Below, piece by piece: positions 54,577-64,000 of a stretch of 64,000 bases of DNA. The notes beneath the pieces are model-generated. The model was not told where the DNA came from, ran no database searches, and worked only from the letters and a program-made list of their open reading frames with translations. This DNA comes from Obrimoposthia wandeli. Its lineage: Eukaryota. A program made the translations under genes and the position numbers. Every line of letters begins with the position of its first letter. Positions within the stretch are counted from its first letter, which is position 1. The DNA is taken from NCBI GenBank assembly GCA_977020255.1, contig CDROCS010000506.1, positions 1,488,001 to 1,552,000 of the forward strand, given 5' to 3'.

Positions 54577-55800
54577 TTACATCGAATAGAAGTAGTATAT
54601 TTGTGATTTCATACGAATAATAATACCGCGAATAACATCAAGGAAACCAAGGAATGCAATTGGCTTAGCACCACTGACCCAAGCGAGACCAACAGAACCT
54701 ACCGGAATATCATAACCTTCAGTTTCAATTAATTTAAGGCGAACAAAGTGATGTTTATTCATTACATTCTGCCCTGTTGTTGCCCTTACCGACGTTTCTT
54801 TCGCTAATAACGATCCTTGTGCTTCACCTGTAGCTTCGATAATACCTTCAACCTCAGCAGAGAAAATATGCCCAGGGTAAACGGCTGAAGCAAATTCAGA
54901 TGCTTGGCCAACTTTAATATTACGGATGGCTTGATGGTTAACACGCATTAACACATATTTCTCATTGGTATACATTTGGATACGAGGCATCGTACCAATA
55001 TATTGACCTTCACGAACAATAAAGTTAGTTAAGTAACCGTCAGCAGGTGCATAAACACGGGTATTATCTAAATTCCACTGTGCTTGTGCATATACTTCAG
55101 TTTGATTCGCGACATCCGCTTTACGGCTATTAACCGCATGACCAGATTTAAGCGTATTAAGCTGTGCTTGTTGTGCGTTTAGCACTAATTTTTCAGCTTG
55201 CGATTGCAGTACAGTTAATTTTGCACTAGCAACTTGCACTGATGTTTTTTGTTCATCTAACTTACTTTCTGTAATGGTAAATGCAGCGACTTTATTCTGA
55301 TCAATATAGCGTTGTAATGTCGTACTTTTCCAATTAAGGTCTGCTTCGATTTCAACTTGCTGATCGAGGTTAATTTTAATCTCTTTATTGGCAATAGCAT
55401 ATTTAGATTCATTAATGCGCACATCATCAAGTGACGATGATAAAGCAACTTCAGCACTCTGCACTTGTGCAGCGGCTTTGTTTAATGCAATTTGATAAAC
55501 TTGATCTTCAAGTTCATAGATAAGCTGGCCTTTCGTCACCTGTTGGTTCGGCTTTACATGAATCGCTTTAATATTACCAGTTACCTGCGTTGACCCCGGA
55601 CGTAACTGAATATGCGGTGACTGTACTAACGAACCACCCGATAAATCCATCGGCGTATAAGTAATTAAGCCAACCCAGACAAATAATAACCACGCAGAAC
55701 CACCAATATAAGCAAAAGCTTTAGAGTACTGATTCCATGGCATACCAACTAAACGTAATAAATAGATAAGTAATGCCCATACCGCTAAACCTTCTAACAT
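54577..55800 (-). CDS. HlyD-family periplasmic adaptor (YiaV/YibH-like)
   Basis: Two N-terminal TM helices, lipoyl halves (VKPNQQVTKGQLIYEL; TRVYAPADGYLTNF.VREGQ), long coiled hairpin. Confidence 0.88.
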   Translation of the reverse strand: MLEGLAVWALLIYLLRLVGMPWNQYSKAFAYIGGSAWLLFVWVGLITYTPMDLSGGSLVQSPHIQLRPGSTQVTGNIKAIHVKPNQQVTKGQLIYELEDQVYQIALNKAAAQVQSAEVALSSSLDDVRINESKYAIANKEIKINLDQQVEIEADLNWKSTTLQRYIDQNKVAAFTITESKLDEQKTSVQVASAKLTVLQSQAEKLVLNAQQAQLNTLKSGHAVNSRKADVANQTEVYAQAQWNLDNTRVYAPADGYLTNFIVREGQYIGTMPRIQMYTNEKYVLMRVNHQAIRNIKVGQASEFASAVYPGHIFSAEVEGIIEATGEAQGSLLAKETSVRATTGQNVMNKHHFVRLKLIETEGYDIPVGSVGLAWVSGAKPIAFLGFLDVIRGIIIRMKSQIYYFYSM

Positions 55801-56102
55801 GATTCATTCCCCTCTGACTTCCAAATATCACGCACTTTAGCAATGGCTTGCTCTGCATCTACAAACGCAACAATGACTGCTAATACCCATACCCAATGCC
55901 AAATGAAGCCAATCCAGGTTAATGTGGTTATCAGCGTCAATTGTTGATGACTATTCTTATGTGCCTGATGGATAGGCACCTCATGGAACTTCCAAAAGCC
56001 AATCCCTGCAGCAGCGACCGTCGCAATAAGTACAACAGCAGCAACAATATGTAATCCAGTGTCAAAGCCAGTGCCTACAAAAGGCATAGATATTAAACTC
56101 AC
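55794..56102 (-). CDS. DUF3302-like small membrane protein (YiaW/YibI-like)
   Basis: FWKFHEVP...AH...H.Q...I..LTW.G..WH.VWV.A.I.A pattern; overlaps the HlyD start; GAGGA RBS before GTG. Confidence 0.72.
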   Translation of the reverse strand: MSLISMPFVGTGFDTGLHIVAAVVLIATVAAAGIGFWKFHEVPIHQAHKNSHQQLTLITTLTWIGFIWHWVWVLAVIVAFVDAEQAIAKVRDIWKSEGNESC

Positions 56103-56356
56103 AGGTTTATTCCTCGATTAATGATTCCCGAATCAAACGATCAGGAACAAATTCTCTTTGCATATAAATGGTCATAGCAAAGTAAATATTTCGAGGTAGA
56201 TTATATTCGCCCAGGGTAAGTAAAAGGTACTCGTAGAATTGCTAGATATCGGCATATTTCGCATTTATTGATAGCCAAATCACAGATATCAGGCTAATAA
56301 TATATTTATCTAATTTAGTCTATTTCAAATAGCTAACATTCAATGAGGATAAGCGC

Positions 56357-57559
56357 ATGCGTGAACTACCCAAATTCGACAAAGCAAATTTGAGCATTGA
56401 GCAACTTACCATTGAAATATCTAATTGGTTATTGGAGAACGATACCGAAGATTTACCCAACGCCATCGAATTCGCCTTAACATCCTTCATGCCATATATT
56501 GACGCACAACGTATGTCACTCGTGCGTTTAACCAAAGATAGTCGCTTTGAAGGTGCTCTTACAGTGGCTGCGCCAGGCTATAATCGAGTGTCATTACCAG
56601 CACAAGGTATTTACTCTCCCTACTTGAAGCAGATAAGTAAAGGCGAACTGATTATTGCCGAAGGTAATCTAGATCACATTCTCAATTCTGATGAGGTTCT
56701 GCTTGCAGAGATGCAAGGTATCATTGCACATATTATGGTGCCATTTAGCGTCCGAGGACAGATTTGGGGTGGTATCGCGGCAAGTCGTTATGTCGGCTCA
56801 ATACACTGGCGTGAAGAAACCATTAACCGAGTGCGTAGTTTTGGTCAGATCCTCGCTTCAACCTATGAGCGTTATGCCTATTGGGAAAAGCTGCAACAGA
56901 AAAACCAACAACTCGAACTGTTATCGCGTCATTTAATGGATAACCAAGAAAACGAACGTCGTATGTTATCACGTGAATTACATGACAACTTTTCACAACG
57001 CATGGCATTACTAACCATTAAGGCATCATCATTATCTAATACCTTAATTGTCGACAGTGAAAAACAATCAGCTCATGAACTTCATGATGAAATACAAGGG
57101 TTAGCGAAAGATATGCAAGCGCTATCACGCTCATTACACCCTTCGATCCTGGAAGATCTCGGCTTATTTACAGCATTGAAATCGGAATGCAGGCGCTTAT
57201 CAACCATTAAAGATATTGATATTCAAACGCTATTTGATCCGATCCCAGCGTTAAATAAAGAATTGTCGTTAAATCTATACCGAATTTTACAAGAAACACT
57301 CAACAACGTCGCCAAACATGCTCAAGCATCAGCAGTGTTTGTATCCCTACAATACAGCGATACCGACCTGCACTTTCAAATTATTGATGATGGCATTGGC
57401 TGCGATTTAAATTTAAATCAAAATAACGGGAGTATTGGATTAATTAGTATTCGGGAACGTGCACAGCTATTTAATGGCACTGCAGTATTCAGCTCTCCTG
57501 AAGATGGCGGTTTTATCGTCGATATAATGATCCCTGCTATAAAGGAATATTATGAGTAA
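56357..57559 (+). CDS. Soluble GAF-domain sensor histidine kinase (HisKA_3 type)
   Basis: No TM; GAF-like VPFSVRGQIWGGI; H-box ERRMLSRELHD; LYRILQETLNNVAKHA, IDDGIG, GLISIRERA. Confidence 0.92.
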   Translation: MRELPKFDKANLSIEQLTIEISNWLLENDTEDLPNAIEFALTSFMPYIDAQRMSLVRLTKDSRFEGALTVAAPGYNRVSLPAQGIYSPYLKQISKGELIIAEGNLDHILNSDEVLLAEMQGIIAHIMVPFSVRGQIWGGIAASRYVGSIHWREETINRVRSFGQILASTYERYAYWEKLQQKNQQLELLSRHLMDNQENERRMLSRELHDNFSQRMALLTIKASSLSNTLIVDSEKQSAHELHDEIQGLAKDMQALSRSLHPSILEDLGLFTALKSECRRLSTIKDIDIQTLFDPIPALNKELSLNLYRILQETLNNVAKHAQASAVFVSLQYSDTDLHFQIIDDGIGCDLNLNQNNGSIGLISIRERAQLFNGTAVFSSPEDGGFIVDIMIPAIKEYYE

Positions 57560-58145
57560 TATAGTTTTAGCCGATGACCATTTAATTGTGGCACAAGGCA
57601 TAGCCAGCATTTTACAACCTGAACATCGAATTCTCGCTATTGCCAAAAATGGCGTAGAGTTAGTAGAACTAGTAAAGCAACATGAACCTGATTTAGTGAT
57701 CACCGATATCAGCATGCCAGACATGACAGGTATTGCCGCGATAGCCGCCTTAAAACGCATCAATAAAACCGTAAAGATAATTTGCCTCACCATGCATGAA
57801 GAGCAAGAGTATGCTGAAAGTGCAATAGCTGCTGGCGCGCAAGGTTACGTATTAAAACATGAAGCCAGCGAAAGTTTAGTTGAAGCGGTAAACCAAGTAT
57901 TAAAAGGCGAAACTTATCTCTCGAGTTCCGTAATAGTGAACACTGAAAAGCCTCAATTATCCTCTCGCCAAATCAGCGTTTTACGATTATTAGCCCAAGG
58001 TAAATCGGCACGCCAAGTCGCCGATGAATTATTTATTTCACCACGAACTGTCGAATTTCATAAATATTCAATGATGAAATTGATCAGTGCTAAAACCAGC
58101 GCTGAGTTGATCCAGTATGCGATTAATCATGGTTTGATGGATTAA
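57552..58145 (+). CDS. NarL/FixJ-family response regulator
   Basis: LADDH, DISMPDMTG, GYVLK, LuxR HTH LSSRQ.SVLRLLAQG...ISPRTVEFHK. Confidence 0.95.
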   Translation: MSNIVLADDHLIVAQGIASILQPEHRILAIAKNGVELVELVKQHEPDLVITDISMPDMTGIAAIAALKRINKTVKIICLTMHEEQEYAESAIAAGAQGYVLKHEASESLVEAVNQVLKGETYLSSSVIVNTEKPQLSSRQISVLRLLAQGKSARQVADELFISPRTVEFHKYSMMKLISAKTSAELIQYAINHGLMD

Positions 58146-58188
58146 GCCTATCTATCGCTAAACAATGGATTAAGATTAATTTACGCAT

Positions 58189-58220
58189 AAAAAAACCAGC
58201 ATTTATCTGCTGGTTTTTTT
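58189..58220. terminator. Bidirectional terminator regulator / batD
   Basis: A7-CCAGCA-TTTATC-TGCTGG-T7. Confidence 0.85.
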
Positions 58221-58373
58221 GTATGTTTAAATCATCAGATCATTACGTAATAAAATTACACTCGGCGTTATTTTATTACGTAATTAAATTACAGAATGGC
58301 AAGTAAAATAATAATACACTTAGAAACAATGACTTAAACAATTAAAAGCTAAGTCACAGTTGTAACATTATCA

Positions 58374-59741
58374 TTACTTCCTACGTATCGCTAGCCACAA
58401 GGCTAAAAACAGCCTCTGTTGTTTAATAGAATGTGACAGCCACCTCGCTCTCGCACTATATTGCCATTCAGACCACGCAGCAATGACACGACCCTTACGA
58501 TTGTCTTGAGTATTACCATTATTTTGAGTATTACCGCTATTGTGAGTATTACCGTTATATAGTTGCGTTCCTTGTTGCTGCGGTAATAGATCAGCATGAC
58601 AGGATCCTCGAGATCCAGACTGACGCAACTGCCTATTACCACTGCATTTATAGTGCTGATTGTATAAATCCCGCGTGCATAACGACCATTGCTGACGATA
58701 AACATTAATCATAAACATTAACCAATAAGGCAGTTTCGCATGCTGATATTGTCGCCATAAACGATACCCTGTATAAATAACCAGTCCCCCTATAATAAGA
58801 CAACTTAATATCCACATCTGATAGGCACGAACAAAACTAGCAGGCGTATGCTCTACCGACCATTGTCCAGCAGGCAAGGTTAAAGGCTGCAACGTTTGCG
58901 TTTCAGTATTCCACCACAACAGGTTTAATACGGGTAAATCTAATGGACCATTTTTCTGAATAATATAAGTGTGCGTTATGGTTTTAGAGGCGTAAAAACC
59001 ATCGCGGTCTTCGCTATCTCGAGCATTACCTTTGTCACGGTAAGATTGCACACGATCAGATTGAAACGGCGCAAAGTCAGGTAACAGCATAATACTGGTA
59101 TCTCTACCTGCTATCGTCACTGTGCGCGTGATCGCGTCCCCGACTTTTAATTCACTATCCGGTTCAATATTCCACACTTGACTAAACGTCAACTCTGGTG
59201 CCGCAACCCAATTTACATCTTGGCTTAATCGAGCATCGGGCAAAGCCACATTAAAACTTAACGGCCTAGTGAGTAAATGACCCGTTACTTTTTCTCCCGG
59301 CGCACTGGCAATACTCACACTCACCGGAATAGCAGGTACGATATATTCGCCACTCACTTGCGGATAAAGTGTTAATTGCCACTCTTGTATTGACCAAGTG
59401 ATGCCTTTTTCACGTTGAGCATAATTATTCGCTAATTTATTACGTTGTAACACCAAGCTATTATCGACACTAAACGGGCTGATGTAGGTTCCCGCCGCAA
59501 ACCAACGGTCGGTTTTAATCTGAATATATAAATCAACTTGCTGGCGAGGGGCAAATTCAGAGCCAATAATATCAAGAGCGTTAAGAGATCCATCGGTATT
59601 TTTTTGCGCAGGTTCGATCCATGCTTTAATTTGTAATTTATTTTGCTGTAACAAATCTTGCACTGTCGTCGCTTGAGCAACATTAATCATCGCTATCTGA
59701 AAAACTAAGCAGCAAATAGCCGTATAAATAAATCGCATCAT
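58374..59741 (-). CDS. BatD-family protein
   Basis: Signal peptide, Ig-like repeats (LYPQVSGEYIVPAIPV; LKVGDAITRTVTI; LPVLNLLWWNT), C-terminal TM. Confidence 0.85.
   Translation of the reverse strand: MMRFIYTAICCLVFQIAMINVAQATTVQDLLQQNKLQIKAWIEPAQKNTDGSLNALDIIGSEFAPRQQVDLYIQIKTDRWFAAGTYISPFSVDNSLVLQRNKLANNYAQREKGITWSIQEWQLTLYPQVSGEYIVPAIPVSVSIASAPGEKVTGHLLTRPLSFNVALPDARLSQDVNWVAAPELTFSQVWNIEPDSELKVGDAITRTVTIAGRDTSIMLLPDFAPFQSDRVQSYRDKGNARDSEDRDGFYASKTITHTYIIQKNGPLDLPVLNLLWWNTETQTLQPLTLPAGQWSVEHTPASFVRAYQMWILSCLIIGGLVIYTGYRLWRQYQHAKLPYWLMFMINVYRQQWSLCTRDLYNQHYKCSGNRQLRQSGSRGSCHADLLPQQQGTQLYNGNTHNSGNTQNNGNTQDNRKGRVIAAWSEWQYSARARWLSHSIKQQRLFLALWLAIRRK
58507..58560. repeat. 3x 18-bp in-frame repeat in batD C-terminus
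   Basis: TGAGTATTACC starts at 58507, 58525, 58543; encodes GNTHNS-GNTQNN-GNTQDN. Confidence 0.8.
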
Positions 59742-61444
59742 GGTTTCCCCTCCATTTGCAACTGTTGAGAAAACTTAGTCATGAGAAAACGTTCAGGATC
59801 GCCTTGCACACGCTTCATCCATGCTTGATTAAGCGCCTCATCTTGCAATAATTGTTCGGCGTTATAACTTTCCTTAATGAGCTGTTCTTTTCTCATCATT
59901 TTCTCGGCACCGTCACTTGTTTGTGGTTGATCACCTAATTCTTTTGATGCTTCATTCTCGTTATCTGTTTGGCTTTCACTCATGCGATTAATATCATCAA
60001 TAATCTTCTGCACTATCATTAAATTATGTGCAGCTTGCAGATAGTCCGGATTTTCTTTTACTATCTGCTTAAACAAATTTCGAGCCGCAATATACTCACG
60101 TGATTGCGCTAAGGCACTGGCGGCTCCAAATCGTGCGACAGGATTATCTACCCGCATAAAATAGCGACGAGCAAGGTCAAATTCTTCGGCAAAATAATAG
60201 GCAGAAGCTTTCCACATCGGATCATCAAAACGCACTGCAGCTTGTGCATAGTTACCGCGGTTAAAATAATATTGTCCTTGTTGATCGGCCGTCATCCATA
60301 AATCAGCAAAACGCCATTGTGGTTGTAGACCTTCTTTGACTGAATTTGTCATCTTCTCAGAGGCAACGTTAGCCAATACAGGCGGAGTAGGGAAATAAGT
60401 TAAAGCAAACAAGAGTAATACCGACTGCAAGCTCCAATTAATTGTCCAGCCACGACGGAACCACAACAAAAATAATAGCGCTAATAAAAACACTAAGTTA
60501 TAGCCCATGTCAGCCCAGGGTTGAGCGTTATCATTACTCAGCAACATAAATTGCTGAATATTATCTTGAATCCATTCAACATCGCTATTATCGGTAGATA
60601 TAGAATGATAGTAACCACTTGCACTTTTTGCTAACGATTTTAATCCATCGGCGTCAAAAGGGACTGATACTGCTTGTTCATTATTCCCAACACCTAAAAC
60701 TAATAACAAGGGCGGGCTTTGCTGTGAATTTAAATCGGAATTAGTGGCACTTATGTTGTTATTGCTATTAATAGAGCCATTAAAATAATCAACAAAGCGT
60801 GCTTTTGTATCGCTGCCTAAGCCATCAGTAATCAATAGCACAGATCCCGGATTACCTTTACTGCGCTCAGCAGCTAACAATGTATCTATATTCGCTAAAC
60901 TATATTCAGCAAACTTACCTTTTCGTGGCATGATCTTAGGCGATACCGCTTGCAATAATGGCGTAAAAATAGCGTTATCACGGGTTAATGCCATTGCGGT
61001 ATGTGCACTGCCAGCATAAACCACCAGCGCAGTACTGCCACCTTCACGTAGTGCCAATAAATCACTGATTTTTTGCTTTGCCCGCACCAGCCGACTCGGT
61101 TGAATATCTTGTTGCAACATAGACTCTGATACATCTAAAACAATCACCAACGGCGCAGTATCCTCACCAAAAGGCGATGCTTGGCGTAACCAACTCGGTC
61201 CTGCCGCAATGATAATGGCCAGTACAACAAGAAAGCCCCATAATTTTAACGGTAATAGTTTTTTCCAACCTTGCTCACCAACGGTTAATGCCGCTAATAA
61301 ATGGGGTGGAAAATTTTTAAGCCCAGCTTCTTGTGACTTTTTTTGTCTAAAATTCATCACAAAAAATAAAATAAATGGCACGAAGGCTAGTAACCATAAC
61401 GGCCGTATAAAGTGAAAGTTTTGCCATATAATGGAAAAATACAT
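59738..61444 (-). CDS. VWA + TPR membrane protein (BatB/BatC-like)
   Basis: HFIRPLWLL, MIDAS-like DVSESM, PSRL.RAK.KI.DLL, LITDG, TPR (QYYFNRGNYAQAA), acidic tail. Confidence 0.88.
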   Translation of the reverse strand: MYFSIIWQNFHFIRPLWLLAFVPFILFFVMNFRQKKSQEAGLKNFPPHLLAALTVGEQGWKKLLPLKLWGFLVVLAIIIAAGPSWLRQASPFGEDTAPLVIVLDVSESMLQQDIQPSRLVRAKQKISDLLALREGGSTALVVYAGSAHTAMALTRDNAIFTPLLQAVSPKIMPRKGKFAEYSLANIDTLLAAERSKGNPGSVLLITDGLGSDTKARFVDYFNGSINSNNNISATNSDLNSQQSPPLLLVLGVGNNEQAVSVPFDADGLKSLAKSASGYYHSISTDNSDVEWIQDNIQQFMLLSNDNAQPWADMGYNLVFLLALLFLLWFRRGWTINWSLQSVLLLFALTYFPTPPVLANVASEKMTNSVKEGLQPQWRFADLWMTADQQGQYYFNRGNYAQAAVRFDDPMWKASAYYFAEEFDLARRYFMRVDNPVARFGAASALAQSREYIAARNLFKQIVKENPDYLQAAHNLMIVQKIIDDINRMSESQTDNENEASKELGDQPQTSDGAEKMMRKEQLIKESYNAEQLLQDEALNQAWMKRVQGDPERFLMTKFSQQLQMEGKP

Positions 61445-62580
61445 TAGTCCTCCCCACGTTTATTCAACAACAAATCACGTTTAGATTGTTGCTTGCTAAG
61501 ATAGTAACTACGCCATATCACTAAGCAGTAAAGAATAAAGTAAATACCAATTGCTAAAGCGATAGGTGCATAGTGAACACTTACTTTTGGTTGATAACTA
61601 AAACTCGCAAACTGACTTGGTTCTAGCGTGCTTATTTCCGCATAAACACGATTTAGCTCAACAGAAGAGATTGCTTGAAAAGCTTGTCCACCAGTGATCT
61701 CAGCAACACCATCAATCACGGCCATATCGAGCGCTTGCTCACCAAAGGTACGAGGATCGCCAATAGCAATCATGTGGATTTTAATACCACGACTCGCTGC
61801 GATTTTTGCCGCCTCTAACGGCGGAACCAAACTATCGGTATCATTACCATCGGTTAATACAATCACTACTTTTTGTTTATCAGCTAAACTCTTCTCAACA
61901 GTAGCCTTCTCTTCACTCGTTCTATCTACACCACCGTTAGCACCAAGATTACTATTTTCTTTTGCTATAGGTGCTTTCGATTCATCCGTCATTACTTTTA
62001 TCGCTAACCCTAAGGCATCACCAAGGTGAGTACTTTGCCCAGCCATAGCCACTTCCGACTCATTTAACAAACCGAGCCACGCTTGATGATCGGCGGTAAA
62101 GGGGGCTTGTAAATAGGCGGCATCACCAAATAAAATGAGCCCTAAACGATCACCACTACGTTGCTGTGAAAATTCAGCCAATACATTTTTTACCGCCGTT
62201 AAGCGTGAAATGCTGTCGCTACCCGGAACACTAAAATCTCGACTATCCATCGAGCCAGATAAATCGACCACCACCATCAAATCACGACCAAACTGCGAAC
62301 GTATTTGTGGTTCATCCAGCCACATCGGTTTTGCCATCGCAACAACCAACAATAACCACACTAGCGATAATGCGATACGTTGCCATATTTTCGGTTCTAG
62401 CTTCACCGCCCCTGTATTAGGCTGTTCTCCAGATAAACTCACGAGTTGACTAAAAAATGGCACTTGCAGCGCTGACTGTTTTATTTTATAGGCCGGTGAA
62501 AATCGTTGAATAAACCAAGGTAAGGGCAACAATAAAAATAACCACGGATAACTGAACTCAATCATGCTTGTTGCGAACAT
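61444..62580 (-). CDS. VWA-domain protein (BatA-like)
   Basis: FSYPWLFLLLPLP, GRDLMVVVDLSGSM, RLGLILFGDAAYLQAPFT, LTDGNDT motifs. Confidence 0.9.
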   Translation of the reverse strand: MFATSMIEFSYPWLFLLLPLPWFIQRFSPAYKIKQSALQVPFFSQLVSLSGEQPNTGAVKLEPKIWQRIALSLVWLLLVVAMAKPMWLDEPQIRSQFGRDLMVVVDLSGSMDSRDFSVPGSDSISRLTAVKNVLAEFSQQRSGDRLGLILFGDAAYLQAPFTADHQAWLGLLNESEVAMAGQSTHLGDALGLAIKVMTDESKAPIAKENSNLGANGGVDRTSEEKATVEKSLADKQKVVIVLTDGNDTDSLVPPLEAAKIAASRGIKIHMIAIGDPRTFGEQALDMAVIDGVAEITGGQAFQAISSVELNRVYAEISTLEPSQFASFSYQPKVSVHYAPIALAIGIYFILYCLVIWRSYYLSKQQSKRDLLLNKRGED

Positions 62581-63190
62581 GCTCACCTCCTCCGACTTCA
62601 ATGCTTAGATCACTACCTAGAGCACTACCTAGAGCACTACCGGCCTCACGACCTAATTCGGCACCATCAATATGCAATTTAAGCCAGCGCTGCGTCGATA
62701 ATATTAATACCTGATTATGGGCAGCAGACCACTCACTTAGCGATAATGGTAAATACAGCGCTTGTTGCCATAACTCCCCTATCGCTGAATCAAACTCGGT
62801 ACTGTCTTGTGTACAACTATCTAAAAAAACTAAAAACGCAGGTCCTTGTAACTGACGTGCCGTTAATGACTGCTTTGGGTATGCTTGCAAACATGCTTGC
62901 TGTAATAATTGGTGAATAAATCGTGGTGTATGTGAACAGTCACTTACATCACAAGCCAATAATTTAGACTGTAATTTTTTCCGATAGCGATTACGCCAAT
63001 ATTTCTGCCCTGCTAACAACAAATAGTGGCCAATAAATAACGTCAGAACTAAACCAACCACAAACCAACCCCAAGTTTGAGGTAAAAAACTTATCTGTTC
63101 AGGGGCATTAATTTGTACCATATCGCGTAATAGTAAGTTACCGAATGCATCGCCGACTAAATTTGTATTATCAACATCTGCCATTATCAC
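62558..63190 (-). CDS. DUF4381-like membrane protein
   Basis: LLRDM....PEQISFLPQTWGW motif, TM, WRNRYR; position between DUF58 and VWA genes. Confidence 0.8.
   Translation of the reverse strand: MIMADVDNTNLVGDAFGNLLLRDMVQINAPEQISFLPQTWGWFVVGLVLTLFIGHYLLLAGQKYWRNRYRKKLQSKLLACDVSDCSHTPRFIHQLLQQACLQAYPKQSLTARQLQGPAFLVFLDSCTQDSTEFDSAIGELWQQALYLPLSLSEWSAAHNQVLILSTQRWLKLHIDGAELGREAGSALGSALGSDLSIEVGGGEHVRNKHD
62611..62641. repeat. 2.6x 12-bp in-frame repeat (GSAL)n in DUF4381 C-terminus
   Basis: CACTACCTAGAG x2 + CACTACC. Confidence 0.8.
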
Positions 63191-64000
63191 TCCTCTCCGC
63201 TATTTTTATTATTCATATGAAAAGCAGACTTAAATTGATTAATCTCACTGCCGTCAGTACCAATATCGATTATCGAAAGCGCAGATAATTGCAGGGCTTG
63301 TTGTAGCAAATCTTGCTTAGCCAAAAAAGCAGCTTGATAGGCATGCTGTAAAGCGTTTTTATTACGTTGTAATTGCTGATTAGAAAGCTGTAATTGATGA
63401 TGACCATCACTGGTGATCAGAGAATCAATATTGATTAAACTCTGTTCAAGGGGATCACTAATATGCACAGCAATAACATCATTATGCTGCTGCAACGCAC
63501 GTAACCGATTTGCGCATTCTTCATCAAAGCCATACCAGTCGCTGATAATGACAAATGTTTTTGACTTTGCTTGCAATGCTTGCAGCGTCGCTAACATATC
63601 GGTTAAACGTATCTTTGGCACATCAACATCCGCAAGGCCGACTTGCAGTTGATGATTAACAGTATGCAATTGCTGAATAAATTGCAGCGCTAATGTATTA
63701 CTGCGCTGTGGTTTAAAATGGAAACTTGTCTGATCATTAAAAATGTAACCGCCGACACGGTCGGCATCAGCAAGTACACGCCATAGACATAGCGCAGCAA
63801 GATTCGCCGCGACAACGGATTTCATCGTCTGCTGTGAACTAAAGAACATGGATTGACGCTGATCGACACACAGCCAAATCTGCCGCTCTTTTTCTTCACT
63901 GTAAGCGCGTACATGTGGTTTACCGGTTCTTAACGTGACTTTCCAATCTAAATTTTTAACATCATCGCCATTATTATAATGACGTAACTCTTCAAAATTT
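63187..64000 (-). CDS. DUF58 family protein (5' end off the right edge)
   Basis: Manual extension: NFEELRHYNNGDDVKNLDWKVTLRTGKPHVRAYSEEKER...VDQRQSMFF, the DUF58 signature. Confidence 0.9.
   Translation of the reverse strand, partial: NFEELRHYNNGDDVKNLDWKVTLRTGKPHVRAYSEEKERQIWLCVDQRQSMFFSSQQTMKSVVAANLAALCLWRVLADADRVGGYIFNDQTSFHFKPQRSNTLALQFIQQLHTVNHQLQVGLADVDVPKIRLTDMLATLQALQAKSKTFVIISDWYGFDEECANRLRALQQHNDVIAVHISDPLEQSLINIDSLITSDGHHQLQLSNQQLQRNKNALQHAYQAAFLAKQDLLQQALQLSALSIIDIGTDGSEINQFKSAFHMNNKNSGEE

Noticed and set aside
56210-56240. NarL-type TAC heptamers in the DUF3302/kinase spacer
   Set aside because: Matches are degenerate and not in a 7-2-7 inverted arrangement; indistinguishable from chance.
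56246-56272. Sigma28-like -10 (GCCGATAT, minus strand) upstream of DUF3302
   Set aside because: No -35 at the canonical spacing (TAAA at N10, TCAA at N14) and no flagellar context; too weak to call.
58295-58336. 13-codon ORF MASKIIIHLETMT
   Set aside because: No Shine-Dalgarno sequence, lies downstream of a terminator, and short ORFs are expected in AT-rich DNA.

Overview
Chromosomal, mostly core-genome window from an AT-rich marine gammaproteobacterium. The 16S V1/V2 sequence and gene order suggest Moritella (recognition from memory, no search run). Left to right: truC (partial)-yqcC, five uncharacterised genes, syd, queF, a TPR/degenerate-GGDEF gene plus an intact diguanylate cyclase, ppnN, xni, an NAD-type IDH, rlmM, gcvA/GcvB, kdsA-ychA-ychQ-prmC-prfA-hemA, lolB-ispE-prs, pth-ychF, a 9-gene Met/Gln/Leu tRNA array followed by (TAATTTC)15, a CxxCH-containing chemoreceptor, ubiF, miaB-ybeZ-ybeY-corC-lnt, a second SirB2 gene, an MBL hydrolase, eda, a decayed tRNA-Asp copy next to an intact tRNA-Asp, two head-to-tail rRNA operons on the minus strand, a second MCP, DUF924, and an accessory envelope block (beta-barrel, DUF3302/HlyD pair, soluble GAF kinase + NarL-type regulator, Bat/VWA operon running off the right edge). 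I found no integrase, transposase, prophage, defence system or CRISPR array, and I cannot support a clearly new biological system. The best leads are: an apparent ATC start codon for lnt, a promoterless second rRNA operon with a divergent 16S helix, the tRNA-Asp pseudogene, the heme-c chemoreceptor, the dead-GGDEF/live-GGDEF pair, and the uncharacterised OMP-DUF3302-HlyD-TCS-Bat block. Family names come from motif recognition, not database searches.
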